This document shows positions 45,884 to 55,896 of a stretch of 64,000 nt of DNA, piece after piece. Positions within the stretch are counted from its first letter, which is position 1; every line of letters begins with the position of its first letter. The notes under the pieces were generated by a model, which saw only the letters and a list, made by a program, of their open reading frames with translations, did not search any database and was not told where the DNA came from. The position numbers and the translations under genes are program-made. The DNA comes from a virus (taxonomy: Duplodnaviria; Caudoviricetes), in the IMG/VR virus record IMGVR_UViG_3300035661_000030, positions 24,799-88,798 of that record; one strand, 5' to 3'.

Positions 45884-46503
45884 TTCTCAAATTCGCTCAT
45901 TAAAGTGAAACGTTGAATTTCGGGGCGATCAGGACATTCAAGATGAATCTTAACAATTGCATATCGCCCATCAGGTTCACGACAGATAATTAGCTTGTTA
46001 GAAGAAATTTTTTCTTTAGAATAAAGAATAGCATTTTTCTTTTTCTTAACATCATAGCCAACTGTGACATCAATGTCAACCACACTATGATTTATATGAT
46101 CATAAAGTTCTCTACCATAAAGAGGTTTATCTAATTTTTTGCGATAAGTGAACTGATGAAGCTCTTGAAGTTTATGGTCAGATTCAATAATCTTATCAAT
46201 TTTTTCTTTTACTGAAGTAATACCAGAAACATCAATTACACCTTCAATAAAATTCTCTTCAGAAACTTTACGTACATTACTAACTCTAACTTTATGTTCA
46301 GGAATTTGAACATTAGTTAAATAATAGCGAACGCCACGACCTTTTCCATCTTTTTTAATTTCATTCAAGTCTTGAGCGGCTTGAAGCAATCGTTTAATAT
46401 CTTCGATTTCTTCATTGCCATACTCATTACGAAAATCATCAACTGTAGCACCCGCATTGCCTTTGCGAGTAAGAACGTTGAGAATATCACGCAAGCGTAA
46501 CAT
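45856..46503 (-). CDS. Winged-helix DNA-binding protein, paralog 1
   Basis: N-terminal wHTH ending DGKGRGVRYY; C-domain similar to 46504-47103. Confidence 0.55.
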   Translation of the reverse strand: MLRLRDILNVLTRKGNAGATVDDFRNEYGNEEIEDIKRLLQAAQDLNEIKKDGKGRGVRYYLTNVQIPEHKVRVSNVRKVSEENFIEGVIDVSGITSVKEKIDKIIESDHKLQELHQFTYRKKLDKPLYGRELYDHINHSVVDIDVTVGYDVKKKKNAILYSKEKISSNKLIICREPDGRYAIVKIHLECPDRPEIQRFTLMSEFEKCLRTIVQK

Positions 46504-47103
46504 TTATACTCCAGAGAAAAGAATTCGAAGATGCTCTCTTAAATCCTCATAGTCACCAAACGTTTCAACTTCGATATGGTTGTTATGAGAATTGTATTTT
46601 TGTAAAATAAACTTACGTCCCTCTTGCTTAATACCAATTTTATTGTAAATAGTATGAGAAGTTTTTTCTATAATCACATTACGTTTTTCTTCTTTATTCC
46701 ACTGAATATAACTCTGTTCTACAACAACGCCAGATTTAAGAAAAGCACTTAACTTATTTTCATCTTTACCAAATTTCATAACCTTAGTAAATACACCTTG
46801 ACCCACAATTGGTTTAGATGATTTAAGCCATGCCTCTGCGTCAGAACTATCTAAGTTATCTGCATAATCATCAACTTCAGTCTTTTTAGGTTCCTTAATC
46901 GGAGCCGCGATAATTGTTGCGCCTTTTGCATAATAACGTGTACCTCTTTTTTTACCTTTTACAATAATAGATCCATTGTCTATACCAGCTTTAAGAAATT
47001 GCTTTAGCAGAGATTCGTCATTAAAGAATTCTTTTAATTCCCCACTAGAAGCACCATTTTCACAAGTTTTTAAATATATTACAAGTTCTTTTAAACTATC
47101 CAT
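46504..47103 (-). CDS. Winged-helix DNA-binding protein, paralog 2
   Basis: wHTH ending KGKKRGTRYY. Confidence 0.55.
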   Translation of the reverse strand: MDSLKELVIYLKTCENGASSGELKEFFNDESLLKQFLKAGIDNGSIIVKGKKRGTRYYAKGATIIAAPIKEPKKTEVDDYADNLDSSDAEAWLKSSKPIVGQGVFTKVMKFGKDENKLSAFLKSGVVVEQSYIQWNKEEKRNVIIEKTSHTIYNKIGIKQEGRKFILQKYNSHNNHIEVETFGDYEDLREHLRILFSGV

Positions 47104-48028
47104 TTTTTATATCCGTTAGGTGATAGATGAATTTAATTCCTGCACTTAGATCTTCAAACTTTTCCAATCTATCTGAAACTCCATTACGTAAGAATTTAAC
47201 CTGAAGCACTTCATTAGCATCTAAACCAATACTAACAGCGGTATATTCTTCTTCGCAGATTAAGAAATTACTTAATTCGTCAATACGTCGCTCAACTTTA
47301 CGATCTTGCTTTAACTGATCAACTAAACGTTCTACTTCACTATCATTTACAGTTTTATAAATATATTTAGAAGCTTTTTTAATTCCTTCATGATAGATTT
47401 CTTCATCTTCGCAAAGTTTATCAAGAACTTCTACAACATTATGTCGTTGTACTCCTAATTCTTCAATAATCATGGGAATCGTTACAACTTTATGCTTTTT
47501 AATAAAATCAAGAATATCAGAATACAAACTGGATGCTTCTTCTTCCTCTTCTTCTTCTTCTTGTCTCTCCGTTTCATCTGTTACAAGTCTATATTTAGTC
47601 CAACGAAGTTCACCCTGGATATCAAGTTTCTTTTCTTGAACTAATTCTTTAATTGCAGATAAAACAACTGGAATAGAAACATCTTCAATCTTAAGGTCAG
47701 TTCGTGAAAACCAACCTGTAAATTTTGAAGATAGGTCTAGGATGCGCTGTTTTAGATCAGAATTATCAGTATTATTATTACTATTACTGTCATCCTCTAC
47801 TAAATTAAAATTTGTAGAATAAAAAGCTCCTTTTTTATTGCCATACATTTTAATTTTATTATCAATACGAAGATTATTTAAAGCATAACGTAATAAGAAT
47901 TCAGGATTGTTTTCAAATTTTTGAAATACTTCTTTAGCTACGAAACGTTCTTTACTTTGAGCGAATTTTAAAATCTTTTCCATCATTTCTTCAGGAACTT
48001 CTTTTCGTAACAATTCTTTATTACTCAT
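47096..48028 (-). CDS. Triple winged-helix protein
   Basis: Three ~60-aa repeats ending GNKKGAFY, GELRWTKY, GIKKASKY. Confidence 0.55.
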   Translation of the reverse strand: MSNKELLRKEVPEEMMEKILKFAQSKERFVAKEVFQKFENNPEFLLRYALNNLRIDNKIKMYGNKKGAFYSTNFNLVEDDSNSNNNTDNSDLKQRILDLSSKFTGWFSRTDLKIEDVSIPVVLSAIKELVQEKKLDIQGELRWTKYRLVTDETERQEEEEEEEEASSLYSDILDFIKKHKVVTIPMIIEELGVQRHNVVEVLDKLCEDEEIYHEGIKKASKYIYKTVNDSEVERLVDQLKQDRKVERRIDELSNFLICEEEYTAVSIGLDANEVLQVKFLRNGVSDRLEKFEDLSAGIKFIYHLTDIKNG

Positions 48029-48067
48029 AGTTTTCCTTTGGAAGTGTAAACTATAAAATAATTTTCA

Positions 48068-48433
48068 TCATGTGTGAATAAACCATCCGTTATGTTTGGT
48101 TAACTGCATACTAAAAGGTTCTGACTCTAAACCATTCTTAAGTGGTCCATGATAAATAAGACCACCATTCATCCAACATTTTGCGTCATGTTTACTAGTA
48201 ATAATAGTTAATTCTTTATCTTTAGTAATTTCACAATCACTTAAATTAAAACAGCTAAATCCAAAAGAATAGGCAGCAAAATCATTGTATAAAAAACAAA
48301 TATAAGGTTTTTCACTCCAATCTTGGCCCATACGATAAAGTTGAGCTAATAGATTATGTTCTAGACCAATTTCATAAGCATAATGAAGTGCTTCTGTTAA
48401 ACGATCTTTCAAATCAACGGGAACATACAGCAT
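48068..48433 (-). CDS. Hypothetical protein
   Basis: DFAAYSF.F...W.NGGLIYHG..W.IHT pattern seen in phage/plasmid proteins. Confidence 0.6.
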   Translation of the reverse strand: MLYVPVDLKDRLTEALHYAYEIGLEHNLLAQLYRMGQDWSEKPYICFLYNDFAAYSFGFSCFNLSDCEITKDKELTIITSKHDAKCWMNGGLIYHGPLKNGLESEPFSMQLTKHNGWFIHT

Positions 48434-48791
48434 CTAGATTCCTCATAATAGCATTATCATGTGCTTTGATAGCTTTCTTTGCTGCTTTGTTAAACTTATT
48501 AATCTTTTCTTTAGTTATTGGATCTGGATCATAGAACATGCAATATGCAGCAATAATACAATTCATAATACCTTCTGACATTGTGAAAAGATGCTGTTTC
48601 TTAACTTTATTACGATTATATACTTCACGAACAATTAAAGCTTGAGTATTCCATTGATTTCCACGAGAACGATATTCATATTTATATGATTTAGCTAAAG
48701 TATCTTCTGCATCATCACGACTTTCAAAAATACGTTCTAATAAATAATAAGCTTCTTTAATATTTTTAATCTCTTCATCAGTATAGAACAA
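48414..48791 (-). CDS. Hypothetical protein
   Basis: GGAG SD; packed ORF. Confidence 0.55.
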   Translation of the reverse strand: MFYTDEEIKNIKEAYYLLERIFESRDDAEDTLAKSYKYEYRSRGNQWNTQALIVREVYNRNKVKKQHLFTMSEGIMNCIIAAYCMFYDPDPITKEKINKFNKAAKKAIKAHDNAIMRNLDAVCSR

Positions 48792-49454
48792 TTAACTCTC
48801 CAAAAGAGCAGGAAGTGCATTAGGGAATTCTTGCATAGCAATCTGCTTGATAGCATTACTGAATTGACGAATTTCATATTGAGCATGACCATCTTCTCGT
48901 AATGTGATAAAGTGAGCGATAGCCTCAAGACTCATGGTTACGCGAATTTCAGTCCATAAAGAAAGCGGTAAACACATACGAGCCATTTCTTTAGCTACAC
49001 CCATTCTAAGCAATAATTTATATGCATCAAATGCAGCTATGCAAGCATTTTTATAGACAACTAATGCATCACGATTAATTGCATAGAGAAGATCTTCAGC
49101 AGAACCTTGTTTATTATTAGTTGATTGGGTTCTGAAGTTTTTAGGAATATAAAAACTATTATCTTCAAATTCTACATAACGTCCAGACATTTCATTAATC
49201 TCAACGCCGATACGATGTTTAACAAATTGACGCATCGTAAAAATTGGCATTTTAATATGAAACGAAATATGACAATGCCTAAATGGAGACATATGTTTAT
49301 TTTTGGCAAGATACTTTAAAAGCTTAATATCTCCATCTTGCATGGATTCAACTTCTTTTGAAAATGAAACTCTAGCGGCATTAACAATATCTAATTCAGA
49401 ACCAAGAGTTTTAACATGACGTACAAAACCATCACCAAGTACAGTAATTTCCAT
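48792..49454 (-). CDS. thyX: FAD-dependent thymidylate synthase
   Basis: NAARVS, HMSPFRH, RQFVKHR...NEMSGRY, KEMARMCLP, HAQYEIR. Confidence 0.95.
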   Translation of the reverse strand: MEITVLGDGFVRHVKTLGSELDIVNAARVSFSKEVESMQDGDIKLLKYLAKNKHMSPFRHCHISFHIKMPIFTMRQFVKHRIGVEINEMSGRYVEFEDNSFYIPKNFRTQSTNNKQGSAEDLLYAINRDALVVYKNACIAAFDAYKLLLRMGVAKEMARMCLPLSLWTEIRVTMSLEAIAHFITLREDGHAQYEIRQFSNAIKQIAMQEFPNALPALLES

Positions 49455-49455
49455 T

Positions 49456-49926
49456 TTACGTTCCAGGGTTAGGGTTGAGATTTAATTCGTGATTTGCAGC
49501 TTTTTCAAGAGTTGCAAAGATAGGTTCCATACATGCAGACCAATCATATTCTGCGTCTGTATCTGTATAAGGTTCACCGCTATCTTCATCAAAATATTCA
49601 TAATCTGAATATTCAGTTTGATGAGCAACAATACCATCTAAAAGAATAACTTTTTCAAGTTCATCTTTACCTAATGTAGTAACTACAGGAAAGCGTATTG
49701 TGCAAGGACGATCTTTACCATATTCGTCAGGATTATTAAAAGTAATATAACAATATTCATCGTCGGCTTCAACTGTCCAAAGCCAAGTCATTCCACTAAG
49801 ATAATTACATAGCTTCTCTAAAGAACCTAGAGTAATCAGTTTTGCTTTATTAGTAACCATCCAGCTAAGCATTTTATCCCTCGATAAATTTCTGAGCAAA
49901 CTCAAGCCATTGCTTAAGCTTCTCAT
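49456..49926 (-). CDS. Hypothetical protein
   Basis: ORF; true start probably near 49860. Confidence 0.5.
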   Translation of the reverse strand: MRSLSNGLSLLRNLSRDKMLSWMVTNKAKLITLGSLEKLCNYLSGMTWLWTVEADDEYCYITFNNPDEYGKDRPCTIRFPVVTTLGKDELEKVILLDGIVAHQTEYSDYEYFDEDSGEPYTDTDAEYDWSACMEPIFATLEKAANHELNLNPNPGT

Positions 49927-50638
49927 ATTCAGGTTTCATTTCTTCTGCTCGTTTCATTAATTCATCTAGCTCTTTGAATCTTTCTATCATAATTTCACCA
50001 GCAGTAGTTAAGTCATTAGACTTAATGATGGCTGGAGTCTTGTGAACTTCTTCAAGTCGTTTTACAAAAGCAGGAATTTCTTCTTTTGGAATAGAACTAT
50101 AATTTCTTTCTTCATCTTTAGTTGCGCTAATTTTAGGAGGTCTGCCAACAGTTTTTCGCAATGGGAATGTTTCAGATAACTTTTGATCATTCTCATTCAT
50201 TAATGCACACCATAATTTTAACTCTTTTGCATTAAAACATCTTTCTCCTAATTCAATTTTCTTATATGTATCCCAAGCTACTCCGATTTCATGACAAACT
50301 CGATCTGCTCCGAATCCATTTTTTAATCTTATTGCTTTAACTAATTCAAACCATTTCTTTTCAGTTTCTGGCATTGTAACCTTATCTTCGATTTCTTCAT
50401 TGAATTTAATATAATAAACTTTTCTTAAATCTTTTATAATATTACAATCAGTTCGTCTAAGATCTTTGTTAGCTGGAATGACAAGATTTGTTTTCATCAT
50501 TGGATGACGATAAATTTTATGCGATCCACTTTGTCTTACATATTCATAACCTAGATTGACTGCTAATTCTTGAAGATCTTTCCAATTCCATCCATAGCTT
50601 TTAGTTAATTTTTCCTTTAAAGCATCTTTTTCTGTCAT
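49874..50638 (-). CDS. HicA-like domain fused to an XRE-type HTH
   Basis: GYEYVRQSGSHKIYRHP...LVIP (HicA dsRBD-like); IRLKNGFG..RVCHEIGVAWDTYKKIELG (HTH). Confidence 0.75.
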   Translation of the reverse strand: MTEKDALKEKLTKSYGWNWKDLQELAVNLGYEYVRQSGSHKIYRHPMMKTNLVIPANKDLRRTDCNIIKDLRKVYYIKFNEEIEDKVTMPETEKKWFELVKAIRLKNGFGADRVCHEIGVAWDTYKKIELGERCFNAKELKLWCALMNENDQKLSETFPLRKTVGRPPKISATKDEERNYSSIPKEEIPAFVKRLEEVHKTPAIIKSNDLTTAGEIMIERFKELDELMKRAEEMKPEYEKLKQWLEFAQKFIEG

Positions 50639-51105
50639 TTGCCCTTCCAGGTTCCCGCCGCTTTCTGAGCAAGTTCATTAACTCGTTGATTTCTAATATC
50701 TTTACTATGTCCTTTAACCCATTTAGCGGTTACTGATTTATGCCTTCGAATTGCTTTATGTAATTCAAGCATTAAATCATGATTTAAACGTTTTGGATCT
50801 TTTACGAAAGAATTAATCCAACGATTAACAGTATCGACAACATATGTTGCATCACTTATGATTTCAACATTATCACATGGTCGTTTTAAATAATTAAGTG
50901 CATCTATTACGGCTTGTAATTCCATGCGATTGTTTGTCGTACTAACTACCTCTTTGCTAAAACTATTTTCTTTTTTAAGTTCATATTCTTCATGTTCTGA
51001 ATTGTAAACTAGGTATTGAACAATAAATGCATATGCTCCTACATTTCTTAATCTTGAATATGCGCCATCAGTATAAATGATGATTTTAGTTTTATTCATA
51101 TTCAC
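50635..51105 (-). CDS. rnhA: Ribonuclease HI
   Basis: YTDGA, TTNNRMEL.A, SDATY, WVKGH...N.RV..LA. Confidence 0.93.
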   Translation of the reverse strand: MNMNKTKIIIYTDGAYSRLRNVGAYAFIVQYLVYNSEHEEYELKKENSFSKEVVSTTNNRMELQAVIDALNYLKRPCDNVEIISDATYVVDTVNRWINSFVKDPKRLNHDLMLELHKAIRRHKSVTAKWVKGHSKDIRNQRVNELAQKAAGTWKGK

Positions 51106-51667
51106 CTAACATAATCTTGCAATAAACATATGCAGCTACTTCAGCATCAGCTAAAGCTCGGTGAGCTTGCGTATTTTTAAAATTAAAATACTCACTCAAA
51201 GCTTTAAGATTATCAGCTTTAGGTTTAGTGAGATATTTTCTAGATAATTTCATAGTACAATCGAATGGGGGCAAGTCTTGCATATACCCAACTCGATTCA
51301 TATTATATCTTAATTTACTTTCATCAAAAGAAGCGTTGTGAGCCACACATTTAGATGGCGCTAATTGCATTAACCATCTATGAAAATCATCATATACTTT
51401 ATCGCCTCTTGCTGTTTTTAATTCTTCATTAGTAATACCAGTTATTTCCGTAATTTCACTTGAAATAGGGAACCCTGGATTAATTAATTCTTCAAAGGTT
51501 TTAATATGAACATCAAAACCATCAAAACTAAGACCAATAGCTCCAATTTCAATAATACGTGCATCTTTTTCAAAGCCAGTTGTTTCTAGATCTAGAATTC
51601 CAATAGTTCCGATCTGAGGCTTAGCTTCATATAATCGTTTAACGATTTCGCCTATGCGTAATGACAT
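51092..51667 (-). CDS. DEDDh 3'-5' exonuclease (DnaQ/epsilon-like)
   Basis: LDLETTG, AHNASFD, AHRALADA. Confidence 0.93.
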   Translation of the reverse strand: MSLRIGEIVKRLYEAKPQIGTIGILDLETTGFEKDARIIEIGAIGLSFDGFDVHIKTFEELINPGFPISSEITEITGITNEELKTARGDKVYDDFHRWLMQLAPSKCVAHNASFDESKLRYNMNRVGYMQDLPPFDCTMKLSRKYLTKPKADNLKALSEYFNFKNTQAHRALADAEVAAYVYCKIMLGEYE

Positions 51668-51684
51668 ATTGAATATCCATAATT

Positions 51685-51716
51685 AAAAAAAAGGGGAGAG
51701 AAATCTCCCCCCTTTT
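51685..51716 (-). terminator. Terminator after 51740-52198
   Basis: GGGGAGA/TCTCCCC stem with a T8 tail on the minus strand. Confidence 0.75.
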
Positions 51717-51739
51717 GTCCTACACCTATAAGAAAAAGA

Positions 51740-52198
51740 TTAATCCTCTTCCTCAGCCTCTTCAGCCTCACGGACAAAGGAAAGCTGGTAATAAGCATCG
51801 CCCTTTGGACCGCCCTTGAGGAATACCTCTTCGCCAGCCTTCAGCTTGACCAGCCAGTTCGCACCAGGCTCGCGGTTGGCGTTACTAATCTGCTCATACT
51901 GGAATTCCTTACGGAGCTTATCGCCTTTAGCCTGAAGCGTATCATCAAGCTCCACTACGGCCTGAATGATAGCCTCAACCAACGGCTTACTACGAATGCT
52001 TACGACTCCGGAATTCTGACCAGCCTTGCGGACAACTGACGCGATAGAGCTTTGCACCTTCTCGGCGTCTGTCTCACCGACAACCTGACCGACCTTAATA
52101 GCCAGCTTAGAAGGATTTACGGACCCCACAAATCCACGGAGCGACTGACCGAATTCGGTAGCAGGCTTGCGGGGGGCGCGGGTTTTTGTTTCAGTCAT
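51740..52198 (-). CDS. Highly expressed early protein with G/C-ending codon bias
   Basis: AGGAG SD; own promoter and terminator; prefers AAG/CAG/GAG codons. Confidence 0.8.
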   Translation of the reverse strand: MTETKTRAPRKPATEFGQSLRGFVGSVNPSKLAIKVGQVVGETDAEKVQSSIASVVRKAGQNSGVVSIRSKPLVEAIIQAVVELDDTLQAKGDKLRKEFQYEQISNANREPGANWLVKLKAGEEVFLKGGPKGDAYYQLSFVREAEEAEEED

Positions 52199-52239
52199 GA
52201 TATTTCTCCTGTTAGCAGCAACTCCGGTTGCTGTTCATT

Positions 52240-52280
52240 TAGTATCACACCTTTTGGATATGGGTGCAAGAAGTTTTTTT
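52240..52280 (-). promoter_or_regulatory. Sigma70-like early promoter
   Basis: A-tract, TTGCAC-17-GATACT on the minus strand. Confidence 0.6.
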
Positions 52281-52474
52281 TAAAAAGGAGAGTAGTAAAA
52301 GTGCCTCAGTTACGCTCAATAACCATTCCTACCATTAGGAGGGATAGTCAAGTCTTTTATGGTGGCACATACTTAAATAATAAAGACGTTTGATTAAAAT
52401 TCGGTGATTCGTTGCCTATCGGCTGGCCTTGGTTGTTTGGCCCTATTTTTTCACCAGAGCATCTTAATTTTAAA

Positions 52475-52897
52475 TTATCTCTGAGATAAGATAAAATTTA
52501 TAAAATCCTCTTTTGATGATGGCGATACATTGATCGTTATTTCTTTGTAAGAGGTTTTTGTAAAATTACCATTTTTATCTTTTCTAAAATACTTAAGAAA
52601 AGATTTAAGTTTATCCTGAGAAGCTGCTGAAGAAGTGCTAATTAGCCTCACATATGTATTATAACATAAACTTGGTTCTTTTTGCAATTTAACGATATTG
52701 TAATTTATGTTAGTAATTGCTTTTAATTTTGTAATTAACTTTTTTTGTAATTGCTCTATATGAATAGCACTAGTTTTTAATTCGTCAGGTTTATATCTGT
52801 AGACAATAAGAATACGTCCATCTGCAAATATTTTAATTGATTTTTGTTTGAGTGCTATTTGCAATAGCTTACGAAAGCTTTCGATAGTTTCCTTCAT
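52475..52897 (-). CDS. Hypothetical basic protein
   Basis: Overlaps the clamp gene stop. Confidence 0.55.
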   Translation of the reverse strand: MKETIESFRKLLQIALKQKSIKIFADGRILIVYRYKPDELKTSAIHIEQLQKKLITKLKAITNINYNIVKLQKEPSLCYNTYVRLISTSSAASQDKLKSFLKYFRKDKNGNFTKTSYKEITINVSPSSKEDFINFILSQR

Positions 52898-53940
52898 CTA
52901 GAAAGACCTCCAACAAACGTTAATTGTGGACCTTTCTGCGAAACAAACATTGTGGTATTTTCAGCTAATAAGATTTTTACATAATTAGCTTCTCTAATAA
53001 ATTCAGGTGCAGTAATTACTTTTAAGTGATCGAAAGGAATCTTAATTACTATTTTTTCTGGATGCGTATATTTAATATCAGCAATTAAAAACTCTGACTC
53101 TGTATCATACTTAAGTAATAAAGTATTCTTTTCGAAAATCATATCAATATTACGTAAACCATACTCATTAAGATTATGCAGACTTTCAATTACGTTGAAT
53201 GCTGAAAATAATTCTGAAGTATTTACATCAACGACAATTTTATGAAATTCTTTTACTTTATCTGCAATCTGTTCAATCTTAGGAGCATTTGCTACAAGTT
53301 GTGGAATAAAGATTTCACAATGTTCATTTGCAAAGAAAATTTGATTTTCATTTGCATCTGCTCTATCAAAAAGATCTGTAAAAATCTTTACTGCAATTTT
53401 AGTATTTGTTTTAAAAGGCGGAATTTTACTTTCTAATGGAACATAGATAATAGCATATGGACTAGCATAGTAAATGTATTCACCATTATAAACAATAGGA
53501 TAATTTTCATGTAAACACAATGGAACAACAGATTTCAATCTATCAAAAAAGTTTCCATTTGTATCATTCCAATTATCATGTTCTTTAAGTTCAAAAATCT
53601 GATCTGGAGGTAATACATTTAACTTAAATTTGAAAGCATCCGTCTTTAAGTTGAGCGTCCAATTATCTGTATTTAGTTTCATTAATACATCAGCTTGCTT
53701 AGGTAGATTACTGACGATTTTATAAAAATTAAATACATTAACACAGAACTCCCCAATAAGGGGAGTTCCGTGATTATTCTTGATACGCTGTTTAATTCCA
53801 GATTCACCATCACAACAATAAAGAATAATTTCTTTATCATTTGCTTGAATTTTTACATTCTTGCAAATCTCAAACGATGATTTCTCATTAGCAAAATCTT
53901 TTACTTTTTTTAAATATTTTGCCAATATTTCGGCTATCAT
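52894..53940 (-). CDS. dnaN: DNA polymerase III beta-like sliding clamp
   Basis: 348 aa; ICKNVKIQA...L...DGE.GI, GEFCVN...YKIVSNLP, L...FKLNVLP..F pattern of DnaN. Confidence 0.7.
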   Translation of the reverse strand: MIAEILAKYLKKVKDFANEKSSFEICKNVKIQANDKEIILYCCDGESGIKQRIKNNHGTPLIGEFCVNVFNFYKIVSNLPKQADVLMKLNTDNWTLNLKTDAFKFKLNVLPPDQIFELKEHDNWNDTNGNFFDRLKSVVPLCLHENYPIVYNGEYIYYASPYAIIYVPLESKIPPFKTNTKIAVKIFTDLFDRADANENQIFFANEHCEIFIPQLVANAPKIEQIADKVKEFHKIVVDVNTSELFSAFNVIESLHNLNEYGLRNIDMIFEKNTLLLKYDTESEFLIADIKYTHPEKIVIKIPFDHLKVITAPEFIREANYVKILLAENTTMFVSQKGPQLTFVGGLSR

Positions 53941-55145
53941 AGATATTGATCCACTATAACTTCATCTTCATCTTCATCCGTTTCATCGGATAATTTAATC
54001 GTGGTATACTTTGTATACTTAGATTTAGAAGCAATTTTTTCAAGTTCTTTCTGTTTATCATCAGAAAGCTTGAATTTCTTACAAAGCTTTTTTACTTTTG
54101 TATTTGACATATTAAGTTCATCAAAGATAGCTCCCTCGGCTACGCCCGCCCCCTGGAGTAATTCGATTAATTTTTTAGTATCATTAAATTCAATTTTTTC
54201 ATATTCTTTAGGTCCATATTCTTCATATTTCAATCGAATGTTTTGATTAGTTTCGATCCAGAGTTTAAGAATTTTTTCCATATTAGAAACTCTAATTTTT
54301 GCGAGTTTATATGCACCATAAAGAATCTTAGCTTCATTTTCAGAAGTAATTTGCTCAATTTCTACGAAAGCATTTTTATAAGCTGGACAATTAGCTCTAC
54401 TTTCACAAAGAATACAATGATCACCAGCACTAGGTTCGGGTGGTTCTTCTTCATTAAGTAAACTAATTAATGCTTCGACTTCAGACTGAATAAGAGGTTC
54501 AAGAGTTTCTAACTCTTCACGATGAATATCAAAATATTCAGATTGATATCCATAACGAACAAAGTTAAAAGCAAACTTTGTAGTTTGAACTTGAGGATAT
54601 TTTTTCATAACCAGTAATGCATAAATACGTCGTTGCAAAGAATCTTTCATATATTGACGAGTATAAATTGCGCGAACTGTTTTATAGTCCACGATATACG
54701 CAGTATCACCATCAATATAAATAAGATCAATACCACCGGAAAGGTAAGGATTTGGATCGTTAGTTATTTCCAGTTTATTATTAATAGCGTAACGTTGCTC
54801 TAAGTCAACAATTTCAAATTCATTATATGACGACCAATTAAAGTTGTTTTTAATGTTTTCTAAAATACTAAGAGCTTCTTGAATCTGAGATTCTTGAAGC
54901 TCATGTAAGTATTTATATTTAATTTCATCAAACTTTGCGTAATCTGTATCAACTTTATTTTCTACGCAATATTTACCATAATCTTCTAATACGTTGTGAA
55001 TAACAATTCCAAGTTTAGCAAATGGATTTTTATAACCTTGACGTTTTTCTCTATATGTCATCCATGCCCAAAGTCGGCAATAATGCATAGAATTAATCGC
55101 TGAGTATCTTGCTCCTGAAATGGCTGCATTCGAGTTATTTGCCAT
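53937..55145 (-). CDS. PD-(D/E)xK nuclease (RecB/Cas4-like)
   Basis: GIVIHNVLE, GGIDL, IVDYKT, QRRIYAL, PSAGDHC..C..RANC. Confidence 0.85.
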   Translation of the reverse strand: MANNSNAAISGARYSAINSMHYCRLWAWMTYREKRQGYKNPFAKLGIVIHNVLEDYGKYCVENKVDTDYAKFDEIKYKYLHELQESQIQEALSILENIKNNFNWSSYNEFEIVDLEQRYAINNKLEITNDPNPYLSGGIDLIYIDGDTAYIVDYKTVRAIYTRQYMKDSLQRRIYALLVMKKYPQVQTTKFAFNFVRYGYQSEYFDIHREELETLEPLIQSEVEALISLLNEEEPPEPSAGDHCILCESRANCPAYKNAFVEIEQITSENEAKILYGAYKLAKIRVSNMEKILKLWIETNQNIRLKYEEYGPKEYEKIEFNDTKKLIELLQGAGVAEGAIFDELNMSNTKVKKLCKKFKLSDDKQKELEKIASKSKYTKYTTIKLSDETDEDEDEVIVDQYL

Positions 55146-55884
55146 ATACTGTTTGCTCCACTACTGATAATAATCCAATTATTTCGAATTTATTTAGATA
55201 ATTAAATATTACAATAGCTTCTTGATCATTATATTCTACGCCTTGATGTTTTTCTAATTCTACGATTCTAACGTATGTTCCATATTTAGCTGTGAATCCA
55301 TTTACTTGCATCATTAATCGTTTTTCGACATTAATTGCTTTTAGTGATGGATATTTAGCTTTCCAGAAATACGTAGTATGATCAACAATCATAAAACCAG
55401 GGTACTCTTGTTCGATTCTTTCTTTGCAATAAGCCTCATCACAATCATACCCTAAGTTGATGGCTTCTATTAAATTTTCATTTTTACTAAATCTATGAAT
55501 CCAATTATATTTTTCTTTTTGATATGTTTCTTCAATTTCTTCTGCAAGATCCATTTTTTCAACTAAACTATAACTTGAAAATGGATCTTCTACATCAGGA
55601 TCTTCTCTATAATCTCCATAATCATCATCTTCTTCTTCGATGACTTGCTCTTCTTTTTGTTTGATTACAGGTATCTCTTTTTGAATTACAATTATTCCAT
55701 CACAATAGCATATAACAGCATTTTTATGCCATAGAAAAGATGGCTTTATAAGCATTGATATAGTTAACTTAGATGGAAGTTGATCAGGGAATGTAGCATT
55801 ACGCCGAAACGTAACACTACATTCCCTAAAAGATAAATTGCCGCATTTAATTTTAAGATCGTTTACGGCAATTAACCTTGTCAT
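55135..55884 (-). CDS. Hypothetical protein
   Basis: 249-aa ORF in the recombination operon. Confidence 0.6.
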   Translation of the reverse strand: MTRLIAVNDLKIKCGNLSFRECSVTFRRNATFPDQLPSKLTISMLIKPSFLWHKNAVICYCDGIIVIQKEIPVIKQKEEQVIEEEDDDYGDYREDPDVEDPFSSYSLVEKMDLAEEIEETYQKEKYNWIHRFSKNENLIEAINLGYDCDEAYCKERIEQEYPGFMIVDHTTYFWKAKYPSLKAINVEKRLMMQVNGFTAKYGTYVRIVELEKHQGVEYNDQEAIVIFNYLNKFEIIGLLSVVEQTVYGK

Positions 55885-55896
55885 TTTGACCTCAAC

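Noticed and set aside
53937-55145. Cas4 as part of a CRISPR system
   Set aside because: No array or other cas genes; the context (RecD2, Gp3-like, clamp) indicates a recombination nuclease.
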